Positions 39,326 through 48,356 of a stretch of DNA of 64,000 bases are shown here, piece by piece. Below the pieces are notes generated by a model. That model was given only the letters and a program-made list of their open reading frames with translations, had not been told where the DNA came from and did no database searches. Source of the stretch: Gammaproteobacteria bacterium (GTDB lineage: Bacteria; Pseudomonadota; Gammaproteobacteria; Burkholderiales; SHXO01). The stretch's first letter is position 1; every line of letters starts with the position of its first letter. The translations under genes were made by a program, and so were the position numbers. The stretch spans positions 15,246 through 79,245 of the forward strand of contig JBGPOV010000005.1 of assembly GCA_041488255.1 (NCBI GenBank), written 5' to 3'.

Positions 39326-39331
39326 TATAAT
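39326..39331 (+). promoter_or_regulatory. Perfect TATAAT -10 box upstream of argS
   Basis: TATAAT lies 27 nt before the argS ATG. There is no convincing -35. Confidence 0.25.
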
Positions 39332-39357
39332 TCGCGCTCCTCCGCAACCCGCCCGCG

Positions 39358-41103
39358 ATGAACTCGCTTCCCCTCACCGATCCCAGAAGCCACTTGGCGC
39401 AGCTGCTCGCAGACGCCGTAGCAACGGCGATTCCCGAGCAGCGCGGAGCCGCCGTCGCCCTGGAGCGGCCCAAACAAGCTGGGCACGGCGACTACTCCTG
39501 CAACCTCGCGCTGCAGCTGGCCAAGCCACTCAAGCGCAACCCGCGCGACATCGCTCAGGCGCTGCTGCGTGCGCTGCCGCCTTCACCCTTGGTGGCGAAG
39601 GCCGAGGTTGCGGGCGCCGGGTTCATCAATCTCTTCCTGACTCCAACGGCGAAGCAGCGCGTAGTTCAACAGATCCTCGCTCAGGGCGAGCGCTACGGGC
39701 GTATCGACTTCGGCCAAGGCAAGAAGGTGCAGGTGGAGTTCGTTTCGGCCAACCCGACCGGGCCGTTGCACGTGGGGCACGGTCGTGGCGCGGCCTTCGG
39801 CGCGAGCCTGGCGAACGTTCTGGATGCGGCGGGGTTCACTGTGGCGCGCGAATACTACGTGAACGACGCCGGCCGCCAGATGGACATCCTGGCGCTGTCC
39901 ACCTGGCTGCGCTACCTGGAGCTCAATGGGCTGAGCGTCCCGTTCCCGCCCAACGCTTACCAAGGCGAGTATGTGCGCAGCATGGCGCAGTCCATCGCTC
40001 AGGCGCACGGTCGTCGTTACGTGCATGCGCCTGCCGCTTTGCTCGAGAGTGTCACGCCAGCCGACCAGGACGCGGAAGCGCACCTCGACGGCTTGATCGC
40101 CAACGCCAAGAGGGCGCTGGGTGAGGACTACGCCTACGTCCACGACTTCGCGCTCACCGAGCAGCTGGGCGACTGCCGCAACGACCTGCTCGAGTTCGGC
40201 GTCACCTTCGACCACTGGTTCTCGGAAAAGTCGCTGTATGCCAGCGGGCAGGTGGAACGGACACTGGGAAAGCTGCAGGAAGCCGGGTGCCTGTATGTGC
40301 AGGACGGCGCCAAGTGGTTCCGCAGCTCGGCGTTCGGGGACGAGAAGGACCGCGTGGTGCAGCGGGAGAACGGCCAGTACACTTACTTCGCCGCCGACAT
40401 CGCCTATCACCAGAACAAGTTCGAGCGCGGGTTCGAGCTCGCGATCGACGTTTGGGGCGCCGACCACCACGGCCACGTGCCGCGCGTGAAGGGTGCGCTG
40501 CAGGCTCTGGGGCTCAACCCCGAGCTGCTGACCGTTGCCTTGGTGCAGTTCGCCGTGCTGTACCGTGACGGCAAGAAAGTGTCCATGTCCACTCGGGGGG
40601 GTGACTTCGTGACGCTGCGCGAGCTGCGCAACGAGGTGGGAAACGACGCCGCGCGCTTCTTCTATGTGCTGCGCAAGAGGGACCAGCACCTGGACTTCGA
40701 CCTGGACTTGGCCAAGTCGCAGAGCAGCGACAACCCGGTGTATTACGTCCAGTACGCGCATGCCCGCATCTGCAGCGTGCTGGAGCAGTGGGGCGAGGAC
40801 GAGGCCGGGCTGCGCAGCGCCGACCTTGAGGCGCTCGCGACCGAGCAGGAGCTGCAGATCCTGCGCCTGCTCATGGACTACGCTGCAGTCATCGAGGACG
40901 CGGCCCGCGATCTGGCGCCGCACCTCGTGGCGTTCTATCTCAAAGACCTGGCTGCCGCCTTCCACAGCTACTACAATTCCACCCATTTCCTGGTGGACGA
41001 CGAGCGCATGAGACTGGCGCGCCTGTCGCTGATCCTAGCGGTGCGTCAGGTGCTCGCCAGCGGCCTCAGGCTGCTGGGCGTGAGCGCGCCGACGAAGATG
41101 TGA
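39358..41103 (+). CDS. argS: Arginine--tRNA ligase
   Basis: 581 aa. SANPTGPLHVGHGR (HIGH) and class I KMSKS-like MSTRGG motifs. Ends with ...APTKM, as typical. Confidence 0.95.
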   Translation: MNSLPLTDPRSHLAQLLADAVATAIPEQRGAAVALERPKQAGHGDYSCNLALQLAKPLKRNPRDIAQALLRALPPSPLVAKAEVAGAGFINLFLTPTAKQRVVQQILAQGERYGRIDFGQGKKVQVEFVSANPTGPLHVGHGRGAAFGASLANVLDAAGFTVAREYYVNDAGRQMDILALSTWLRYLELNGLSVPFPPNAYQGEYVRSMAQSIAQAHGRRYVHAPAALLESVTPADQDAEAHLDGLIANAKRALGEDYAYVHDFALTEQLGDCRNDLLEFGVTFDHWFSEKSLYASGQVERTLGKLQEAGCLYVQDGAKWFRSSAFGDEKDRVVQRENGQYTYFAADIAYHQNKFERGFELAIDVWGADHHGHVPRVKGALQALGLNPELLTVALVQFAVLYRDGKKVSMSTRGGDFVTLRELRNEVGNDAARFFYVLRKRDQHLDFDLDLAKSQSSDNPVYYVQYAHARICSVLEQWGEDEAGLRSADLEALATEQELQILRLLMDYAAVIEDAARDLAPHLVAFYLKDLAAAFHSYYNSTHFLVDDERMRLARLSLILAVRQVLASGLRLLGVSAPTKM

Positions 41104-41143
41104 GCAGGGCCCGGAACCCGAACACGCCTCACGCCATTAGAGG

Positions 41144-41788
41144 ATGAGCCGAGACTACCAAGGCGATCGGAAGCGCTCGAACGGCAAGACCAGCCACCCG
41201 CTGGTCATTGGGGTCTTCATCGGCCTGTTGGTGGGCCTGTGCCTGGCACTGGGCGTGGCCTTATACCTGAACAAGACGCCCAGCCCATTCGTCAGCCGGG
41301 AAAAGCCGGCCGAGCCGGACAAGACCGCGCCACAGGCCGGCAAGACTGTACCGAAATACGAGCCGGTCAAGCCCGAGCCGCAGAGCGCGCCCTCCCCAGC
41401 CGCGACCGGGTCGCAGGCCGGTAAAGCCGCGGAGCCGAAGAGGCGTTTGGATTTCTACACGATCCTGCCCGGCAAGGAAGAGGTGGTGCCCGACAAGGAC
41501 GTGAGCCGCACCTCGCCCAGGGCGGGCACGGCGCGCGTGGTGTACTACCTGCAGGCTGGCGCATTCCAGAACGCGGCCGATGCAGACAACCTCAAGGCAC
41601 GCCTGGCACTGGCCGGGCTGGAGGCCCAGATCCAGACGGCGACCCTGCCAGACAAGAGCGTCTGGCACCGCGTTCGCATGGGGCCGTTCAGCAACGCACA
41701 GGACCTGGAGAAGGCGCGCGCCGCACTCAAAGAAAACAAGATTGAGAACGCTGTGATCAAGGTGAACGAACCGCTCGCGAAGCGTTGA
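41144..41788 (+). CDS. SPOR domain-containing cell-division protein
   Basis: 214 aa. N-terminal TM, Pro/Ala-rich linker, and C-terminal SPOR (YYLQAGAFQNAADADNLKARL...WHRVRMGPFSN). Confidence 0.75.
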   Translation: MSRDYQGDRKRSNGKTSHPLVIGVFIGLLVGLCLALGVALYLNKTPSPFVSREKPAEPDKTAPQAGKTVPKYEPVKPEPQSAPSPAATGSQAGKAAEPKRRLDFYTILPGKEEVVPDKDVSRTSPRAGTARVVYYLQAGAFQNAADADNLKARLALAGLEAQIQTATLPDKSVWHRVRMGPFSNAQDLEKARAALKENKIENAVIKVNEPLAKR

Positions 41789-41806
41789 GACATGCATGGA
41801 GAGCCG

Positions 41807-42484
41807 ATGAGACCCCTGAATCTGTTGCGCCTTCTCGCCATCCTGGTCCTGGGGCTGGCGCTGCTGCCAGCGTCCTGGGCCCAGCTGCCGGTCGAAGGCA
41901 AGGAGTACAAGCTCATCATCCCCGCGATGAAGCCGGACTCGGGCAGCAAGATCGAGGTGATCGAGTTTTTCTCCTACGCCTGTCCGCACTGCGGCGAGTT
42001 TGAGCCGGACCTAGAGGCCTGGGTCAAGCGCAAGCCCAAGGACGTCGAGTACCGCATGGTGCCGATGGTGTTCCGAGAGGCGTGGAAGGCGCCGGCCAAG
42101 TTGTACTACACGCTGGAGGCAATGGGCCTGGTGGACAAGTACCACGCGAAAGTCTACGACGCCTTTTACAAGGAGAAGAAGGAGCTCGCCACCGATCAGG
42201 CGGTAAAGGATTGGGCCAAGAGTGTCGGCATCGACGCGGCCAAGTTCAACGAGGTGTACGACTCCTTCGGAGTCGACGCCAAGCTGCAGCGCTCGGCGAC
42301 GATGGGCAAGGAGTACGGCGTGCAGTTCACGCCGGCACTGACCGTCAACGGCCAGTTCCATACCGGTCCGTCCATGGTCACCAACCCGCAGGGCGGACTG
42401 GACTACGCCCGCTTCTTCAACGTCCTGGACCAACTGATCGACTTGGCGCGCGGCAAGCCCGCTTCCAAGAAAAAGAAAAGCTGA
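41807..42484 (+). CDS. dsbA: Thiol:disulfide interchange protein DsbA
   Basis: ORF from ATG 41792. ATG 41807 is preferred (GGAGAG upstream, signal MRPLNLLRLLAILVLGLALLPASWA). Active site CPHC. Confidence 0.85.
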   Translation: MRPLNLLRLLAILVLGLALLPASWAQLPVEGKEYKLIIPAMKPDSGSKIEVIEFFSYACPHCGEFEPDLEAWVKRKPKDVEYRMVPMVFREAWKAPAKLYYTLEAMGLVDKYHAKVYDAFYKEKKELATDQAVKDWAKSVGIDAAKFNEVYDSFGVDAKLQRSATMGKEYGVQFTPALTVNGQFHTGPSMVTNPQGGLDYARFFNVLDQLIDLARGKPASKKKKS

Positions 42485-42496
42485 CCGAACGCGGGG

Positions 42497-43165
42497 ATGA
42501 CCGTCCCCGCAACTCACGCGATGCGTCTCGTTAACTGCCGCCGGTTGGTCTGTCTGGCCGCGGTGCTGCTCCTTCCGCTAGCGGTCCACGGCTCCGAGCT
42601 CATGGAGGACGTGGACTATCGCGTCATTCCCAAGCAACAGCTGTCCGACACGGAACGCATCGAAGTCGTGTACTTCTTCTACTACGGCTGCACTTGGTGC
42701 TACCAGTTCGAGCCGTACATCGGCGACTGGCTCAAGAACAAGCCCACGGACGTCAGCTTCCGGCGCGTTCCGGCGCTGCGCAACAGCAAGTGGATCACGC
42801 TGACTCGCGCCTTCTATGCCTACGAGGCGCTCGACCTGCTGCCGCGCCTGCATGCGAAGACGTTTCACGCCTTCCATCGGGACGAGGTCAACCTGCAGAG
42901 CGAGAGCACCCTGTTCGATTGGGTCGAGAAGCAGGGGGTGGAGCGCAAGCGCTTCGAAGAGGTGTTCCACTCCGACGCCATCACGGCGAGCACGATGAAT
43001 TCGCGCACGCTCACCGACGCCTTCCAGGTGGAGAGCACGCCCAGCGTGGCGGTGGACGGCCGCTATCTCACCAGCAGCGGCATGACCGGCGGCGTAGCTG
43101 AATTGGTGACTACTGTAGAGGAGCTGATCAAGATGGTGCGCGAGGAGCGACGCAGCGGGAAGTGA
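42497..43165 (+). CDS. Second DsbA-family thiol:disulfide oxidoreductase (CTWC active site)
   Basis: 222 aa, signal-like N-terminus, FFYYGCTWCYQFEP. Confidence 0.7.
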   Translation: MTVPATHAMRLVNCRRLVCLAAVLLLPLAVHGSELMEDVDYRVIPKQQLSDTERIEVVYFFYYGCTWCYQFEPYIGDWLKNKPTDVSFRRVPALRNSKWITLTRAFYAYEALDLLPRLHAKTFHAFHRDEVNLQSESTLFDWVEKQGVERKRFEEVFHSDAITASTMNSRTLTDAFQVESTPSVAVDGRYLTSSGMTGGVAELVTTVEELIKMVREERRSGK

Positions 43166-43926
43166 CCCCGCGCGTGGTGATCACCGGCGCATCGAGTGGC
43201 ATAGGCCGGGCGCTCGCTGCCGAGTACGCGCGCCGTGGCGCGACGCTGGGCTTGATCGCCCGGCGCACCGAAATGCTGCGGGAGCTGGCTGCGGGTTTGA
43301 ACGTGCAGACCGTGCTTTACGCCCTCGATGTGCGCGATGCGGCGGGGCTGGCGCGGGCCGCCGAGGATTTCGTCGCCAGGTTCGGCGGCCCCGACGTGGT
43401 CATCGCCAATGCGGGTGTGAGTGCTGGAACGTCGACCGAGCGCAGCGAAGACCGCGCCGTGTTCCAGGAGATCCTGGACGTCAACGTCATGGGGCTGGTC
43501 AACACCTTTCAGGTGTTCCTGCCCGGGATGCGCGCTGCGGGTGCGGGCACGCTGGTAGGCATCGCCAGCGTGGCCGGATTCCGCGGCCTGCCCGGATCCG
43601 GCGCCTACTCCGCTTCCAAGGCCGCCGCCATCGCCTACCTCGAGAGCTTGCGCGTTGAGATGCGGGGCAGCGGCGTTTCGGTGGTGACGATCAGTCCCGG
43701 TTATATCGCCACGCCGATGACCCAGAACAACCCCTATCCCATGCCTTTCATCATCCCTGCGGATGTGGCCGCGAGGCGCATGGCCAACGCCATCGCGCGC
43801 CGCAGGCGGCACGTGGTGATCCCGTGGCAGATGGCGATTGCAGGCCGGATACTGAAAATCGTGCCGCGCGCGCTGTACGACAGGATGTTTGCGCTCGCGC
43901 CGAGAAAGCCTCGGCGCGATCACTGA
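43162..43926 (+). CDS. Short-chain dehydrogenase/reductase
   Basis: 254 aa with GTG start in a GTGA overlap. ITGASSGIGRALA and YSASKAA motifs. Confidence 0.8.
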   Translation: MTPRVVITGASSGIGRALAAEYARRGATLGLIARRTEMLRELAAGLNVQTVLYALDVRDAAGLARAAEDFVARFGGPDVVIANAGVSAGTSTERSEDRAVFQEILDVNVMGLVNTFQVFLPGMRAAGAGTLVGIASVAGFRGLPGSGAYSASKAAAIAYLESLRVEMRGSGVSVVTISPGYIATPMTQNNPYPMPFIIPADVAARRMANAIARRRRHVVIPWQMAIAGRILKIVPRALYDRMFALAPRKPRRDH

Positions 43927-44594
43927 CAGGCAAGCGGGATGTTGAGGACCGTCTCCAGCTCCCGCAGCGCCTTGTCGGGCGACTCGACTTTGATGGTCGT
44001 CATGCCCAGCGCGCGGGCCGGCTTCAGGTTGATGCCGAGATCGTCGAGATAGACGGCCTGCCGCGGCTCGATTTCGAGCCGCTCGAGCGCGAGCTGATAG
44101 AAGCGCGGCTCGGGCTTGCGCGCGCCTACCAAGCTCGACTCGATCACCAGGTCGAACAGACCCAGGATCTGCGCCACCTCCCGCGCGCGGGCATCCGTGG
44201 TGGGGAAACCGTGTCCGGTGCCGGTCTTCACGTTGTTGGTGAGGCAGGCGTTGACGAAGTGTTCCTTGCAGCGGCGCAGGGCGTCCACCATCTGCGGCCG
44301 GACATCACCGTAGAGCAGCGCGACGAGTTCCTCACCCCGCACCCGGTGGCCCAACGCCGAGGACTCCACCTCGAACGCATCGCCAAACTCGGCAAGCGTG
44401 ATTTCACCGCGCTCGAAGCGTGCCCACGCGTTGGTGTCGGCGTCGATGCTGTTGACCCGGCGCAGGAAATCCTGGGGCAGCCCACGGCTGCGCTCGAACC
44501 CGGCGAACGCCTGGAACGGGCTCTCGGTGAACACACCGCCGAAGTCCCATAGAACCGCCCGTATCGCCGCGTTCGGGCGGATGGCACCGATCAC
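43920..44594 (-). CDS. HAD-superfamily hydrolase (epoxide-hydrolase N-terminal phosphatase-like)
   Basis: ORF to 44669 overlaps the TPR gene. GTG 44594 overlaps the upstream stop (GTGA). LWDFGGV (DxG motif I) and YLDDLGINL motifs. Confidence 0.75.
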   Translation of the reverse strand: MIGAIRPNAAIRAVLWDFGGVFTESPFQAFAGFERSRGLPQDFLRRVNSIDADTNAWARFERGEITLAEFGDAFEVESSALGHRVRGEELVALLYGDVRPQMVDALRRCKEHFVNACLTNNVKTGTGHGFPTTDARAREVAQILGLFDLVIESSLVGARKPEPRFYQLALERLEIEPRQAVYLDDLGINLKPARALGMTTIKVESPDKALRELETVLNIPLACQ

Positions 44595-45067
44595 TGTTTG
44601 TTTTTCTTCTTGTATTCGTCGACCGCGCGGCGCAAGTCCTTGTATTCCTCGCAGGGGATCGGCGTGCACAGCTTCTGAAGTTCGGCCAGGTGCTGCTCCG
44701 CCTTGCCCACGTTGCCCGAGATCAAGTAGGCCTCGCCGATGTACTCGTGCGCGGCCTTGAGGCGCGGGTTGAGCTTGAGCGCTTTGTTGTACGCGGCGAA
44801 GGCCGCGTCCAGGTTGCCCTGCTTGCGCTGGGCAAAGCCGAGCCAGTTCTGGACCTCGGCGTTGTCCGGCTCGGCCGCAGCCGCCTTGGTAAGCAGCTCG
44901 ACGCCCCGCTTCCAGTCTTTCGCTTCGACCGCCTTCTTACCGGCGATGGCGTTGGCGTTCGTGCTCTCGCCCGGTTCGTCGTCGCCCAAGTTGGCGGTTG
45001 CGTGAAACGGTACCGCGGTGGCAAAGGCCAGCGATACCACGCCGATCACCATTCTCCAGGTCTTCAT
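44591..45067 (-). CDS. Secreted tetratricopeptide-repeat protein
   Basis: 158 aa with a signal peptide. TPR-like repeats (AEVQNWLGFAQRKQGNLDAAFAAYNKALKLNP...). Confidence 0.7.
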   Translation of the reverse strand: MKTWRMVIGVVSLAFATAVPFHATANLGDDEPGESTNANAIAGKKAVEAKDWKRGVELLTKAAAAEPDNAEVQNWLGFAQRKQGNLDAAFAAYNKALKLNPRLKAAHEYIGEAYLISGNVGKAEQHLAELQKLCTPIPCEEYKDLRRAVDEYKKKNKQ

Positions 45068-45194
45068 GTCTTCCTCCGTATGGTGACCCCGACGAGGGTC
45101 TCACGGTTAGTGGCACGGTCCAGGCGAAAAAGTTGCCTGCCTCGAGTCCTTCTGTCAATGCCTGGCAGTCGGTGGTACCCGGGCGGCCCGCTGG

Positions 45195-45476
45195 TCAGGG
45201 CTTGATCTCGATCTCGACGAACACGAACGGGAACTCGTTCGCGTTGACCACGTCGTGCTCGACGCCCGCCGAACGCGAATAGGACACCCCGGCTTTCAGC
45301 TCCGCATAGCGCTTGCCGCCCGGCTCGTCCAGCAGGAGCCGTCCGGTGGTCATGGGCACGACCACGTAGTCGTACTCGTGGCGGTGATAGCCGGTCGCGG
45401 CGCCGGGCGCGAAGCGCCACTCGGTCACGCGCACGGTGTCGTTGTCTATCTGCACGGTGGCTTCTGCGCGTTGCAT
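45195..45476 (-). CDS. Small cupin-domain protein
   Basis: 93 aa. GYHRHEYDYVVVP...H pattern of the cupin_2 fold. Divergent from the ABC/biotin-enzyme operon. Confidence 0.7.
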   Translation of the reverse strand: MQRAEATVQIDNDTVRVTEWRFAPGAATGYHRHEYDYVVVPMTTGRLLLDEPGGKRYAELKAGVSYSRSAGVEHDVVNANEFPFVFVEIEIKP

Positions 45477-45560
45477 GGTCGGCCCCTGGGGACATAACTC
45501 GGGCTACTCGGCGGACGGCCGTATGATGTTTTCTTGCTGCCGCCCCGTGGAAAATAGCAT

Positions 45561-45589
45561 TTTACTATCCAAACCCCCTTTCTTATACT
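45561..45589 (+). promoter_or_regulatory. Possible sigma70 promoter of the ABC/biotin-enzyme operon (TTTACT-17 nt-TATACT)
   Basis: Hexamers and spacing read directly in an AT-richer spacer. Strong SD AGGAG lies before ATG 45650. Confidence 0.35.
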
Positions 45590-45649
45590 GGCCTTGGCCT
45601 AGGCCGGATTCCAAAAACAGACCCTCAAATCAGAGAAGGAGACTCAAAC

Positions 45650-46738
45650 ATGGCGGCAACACTACGCTGCAAACCGCTGCTCGCGGCCGGTGCCATCCTC
45701 GGGGTGATGGCTTGGTCATCGGCCCCCGCGCTGGCGAAGGACTGGTTCCCCTATCCGGTGGAGGAATGGAACCCCCCCTTCGACATGAGCAGCCCGCGCA
45801 AGAAGATCGAATACGTTCCCCTGCCGAAGGCGTCCAAAAAGTGGTCGATCTGCGTCTCTTTCCCGCACATGAAGGACGCGTACTGGCTGGGGGTCGACTA
45901 CGGCGTCGTGGAAGAGTCGAGGCGCCTCGGCGTCAAGATGCAGCTGGTGGAGGCCGGCGGCTACACTGAACTGAAGAAGCAGATCTCCCAGATCGAGGAC
46001 TGCGTTGCCGCCGGCGCCAACGCGGTGGTCATCGGCGCCATCTCCAACGATGGCCTGAACAACCTCATCTCCGAGATCCGCAAGAAGAACATCCCGGTGA
46101 TCGACGTGATCAACGGCATCTCCTCCAAGGAGCTGTCGGCGAAGTCGCTGGTGTCCTTCGGCGAGATGGGCGCGAAGGCCGGCGAAGTGCTCGCCAAGGC
46201 GCATCCCAAGGGCAGCCCGCCGGTGAAGGTGGCGTGGTTCCCGGGCCCGCCGGGAGCGGGCTGGGTGGAAGCGGGTAACACCGGCTTCCAGGGCGCGATC
46301 AAGGGCAGCGCGGTCGAAGTGGTCGAGACCAAGTACGGCGACACCGGTAAGGAAGTGCAGTCCAAGCTGGTCGAAGACACGCTGCAGGCGCATCCCGACA
46401 TCAGCTACATCGTCGGCACTGCGGTGACGGCGGAGGCGGCGGTGCCGATCTTGAAGTCCCGCGGTCTGGACAAGAAGATCAAGGTCCTGTCTTACTACTA
46501 CACGCCGGGCGTGCACCAGGGCATCAACAGCGGCTCCGTCATGGCTGCACCGACGGACTCGCCGGTGATCCAGGGCCGAATCGCCATCGACCAGGCGGTG
46601 CGTATCCTGGAAAACAAGGACTACCACAAGCATGTGGGCCCGGCCCTGTTCGTGGTCGATCAGTCGAACTTCAAGTCGTGTAACACCGAGTCGACGCTGG
46701 CCCCCCCATCGTTCAAGCCGACGTTCAACGTCGACTAA
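45650..46738 (+). CDS. Periplasmic substrate-binding protein, ribose/TorT-like (PBP type I) ABC component
   Basis: 362 aa with a signal peptide ending ALA-KD. Peripla_BP-like alternating beta-alpha pattern. Followed by RbsA- and RbsC-like genes. Confidence 0.8.
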   Translation: MAATLRCKPLLAAGAILGVMAWSSAPALAKDWFPYPVEEWNPPFDMSSPRKKIEYVPLPKASKKWSICVSFPHMKDAYWLGVDYGVVEESRRLGVKMQLVEAGGYTELKKQISQIEDCVAAGANAVVIGAISNDGLNNLISEIRKKNIPVIDVINGISSKELSAKSLVSFGEMGAKAGEVLAKAHPKGSPPVKVAWFPGPPGAGWVEAGNTGFQGAIKGSAVEVVETKYGDTGKEVQSKLVEDTLQAHPDISYIVGTAVTAEAAVPILKSRGLDKKIKVLSYYYTPGVHQGINSGSVMAAPTDSPVIQGRIAIDQAVRILENKDYHKHVGPALFVVDQSNFKSCNTESTLAPPSFKPTFNVD

Positions 46739-46754
46739 CCGCTGGTCACACGGT

Positions 46755-46782
46755 CCGGAACGGGCGCATGCGCCCGTTCCGG
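46755..46782 (+). other. Perfect 28-bp palindrome (CCGGAACGGGCGCATGCGCCCGTTCCGG) between the binding-protein and ATPase genes
   Basis: Verified base by base as its own reverse complement. It gives a 12-bp stem with a 4-nt loop, followed by ACTTTGCATTG. Confidence 0.9.
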
Positions 46783-46796
46783 ACTTTGCATTGCGC

Positions 46797-48356
46797 ATGA
46801 GTCAGAGCACAGGCAGCCATCCCGGGGCCCCGCCGCCGGCCGAGACAACGCGGCAGGCGCCGCCGCTGGTCGCGTGTCGCGGCATCGTCAAGAAATACCC
46901 GGGCGTCACGGCGCTCGACGGCGTCGACTTCGAGCTGCGGGCGGGCGAGGTCCATGTCCTGTTCGGGGAGAATGGCGCCGGCAAATCCACCCTGATCTCG
47001 CTCCTGGCCGGGGCCCAGGAGCCCACGTCCGGCGAGATCCTGGTGCGCGGGCAGCCAGCGCAGCTGGGCTCGGTGCATCGGGCCCGTGGACTCGGCATCA
47101 GCGCCGTCTTCCAGGACTTCTCGCTGGTTCCCCAGCTCACCGTCGAGCAGAACCTGCTCCTGGGCGCAGAGCCGCGCCGGCACGGGTTTCTCGACCGGCA
47201 GGCCATGCGGCGGGAGGCACAGGCCATCCTGGACCGGCTGGGCTTTGCCATCCGGCCGGCCGAGATCGTTCAGCACCTGAGCCGCGCCGAGCGGCAGATG
47301 GTGGAGATCGCCAAGGCGTTCCGCACCGAACCCTCGGTGTTGGTCCTGGACGAGCCAACGGCTTCGCTCACGGAGCGCGAGACCGAACAGCTGTTCGCGC
47401 TGATCCACAGCGCCACCGCCCGCGGGGTAGGCGTGGTCTACATCACCCACCGCATCAGCGAGATCCGGCGCATCGGGGACCGCGTCACGGTGCTGCGCGA
47501 CGGGCACGTCGTCGCCACCGTGGACGGCAAGAGCACCTCGGAAGACCGGCTGGTGGAGCTCATGACCGGACGCGTCATCCAGGACATCTATCCTGCCATC
47601 GCGCATCAGCCGGGGGACGTCGTGCTCAAGGCCGAGAAGCTGACTTCGCAGTCGGGAAGCGTCGAGGCCGCGTCGATCGAAGTGCGCGCGGGAGAGATCG
47701 TCGGCATCGCCGGCCTGATCGGTTCGGGCAAGTCCGAGCTGGGCAGGATCTGCTTCGGGCTGGAGCCGGTCGCATCCGGGCGCGTCTGGCTGCACGGTGA
47801 GGAGGTGACCGGATTCACGCCCAGCGCCATGCTGAGCAGGGGTTTCTTCTATCTTCCCCCGGACCGGCGCGAGGAAGGCCTGATCCTGATGCGCTCGTGC
47901 CGCGAGAATATCGCGCTGCCATCGCTGCGCGACGCGCCCATCCGGCGCGGCGCCTTCCTGAGCGTTGCCAGCGAGCGCAGCCTGGTACAAAGCCTGATCG
48001 CGCGCATCAATCTGCAGCCCGCCAAGCCCGAGCGCGACGTGGGCAGCTTCTCGGGCGGCAACCAGCAGAAGGTGCTGCTGGCCAAGAGCCTGACGCGCCC
48101 GGTCAAACTTTTCGTGTTCGACGAGCCGACCGTAGGTGTGGACGTGGCCACGCGTGTGGCCATCTACCGATTCATCGGCGAGTTATGCGGAAACGGCGCG
48201 GCGGTCTTGCTGATCTCCTCGGACCTGCCCGAAGTGCTGCATCTGAGCCATCGGCTGTACGTCATGTACCGCGGCCGCATACAGACTGAGTTCTCCAGTG
48301 CCGAGATTACCGAGCAGAACGTGCTCAGACATTTTTTCGAGCGCCAAGCGGCATGA
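46797..48356 (+). CDS. Sugar-type ABC transporter ATP-binding protein (duplicated ATPase, RbsA-like)
   Basis: ORF from 46632 overlaps the SBP gene. ATG 46797 is preferred. Walker A GENGAGKST, signature LSRAERQMV and FSGGNQQKV. Confidence 0.9.
   Translation: MSQSTGSHPGAPPPAETTRQAPPLVACRGIVKKYPGVTALDGVDFELRAGEVHVLFGENGAGKSTLISLLAGAQEPTSGEILVRGQPAQLGSVHRARGLGISAVFQDFSLVPQLTVEQNLLLGAEPRRHGFLDRQAMRREAQAILDRLGFAIRPAEIVQHLSRAERQMVEIAKAFRTEPSVLVLDEPTASLTERETEQLFALIHSATARGVGVVYITHRISEIRRIGDRVTVLRDGHVVATVDGKSTSEDRLVELMTGRVIQDIYPAIAHQPGDVVLKAEKLTSQSGSVEAASIEVRAGEIVGIAGLIGSGKSELGRICFGLEPVASGRVWLHGEEVTGFTPSAMLSRGFFYLPPDRREEGLILMRSCRENIALPSLRDAPIRRGAFLSVASERSLVQSLIARINLQPAKPERDVGSFSGGNQQKVLLAKSLTRPVKLFVFDEPTVGVDVATRVAIYRFIGELCGNGAAVLLISSDLPEVLHLSHRLYVMYRGRIQTEFSSAEITEQNVLRHFFERQAA

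Noticed and set aside
43920-43926. A 7-nt convergent overlap of the SDR and HAD gene ends (TCACTGA contains both stops).
   Set aside because: It is real but trivial. Convergent stop overlaps occur by chance in compact genomes, and I see no structure that suggests regulation.
45477-45649. A guanidine-I (ykkC) or other riboswitch ahead of the urea-carboxylase-like operon. CUAGGCCGG resembles the ykkC CUAGGGUUCCGG.
   Set aside because: Only about 60 nt lie between the putative -10 and the start codon. The remaining conserved ykkC segments (GGUCCGAGAG, ACACGGCGGGA) are absent.
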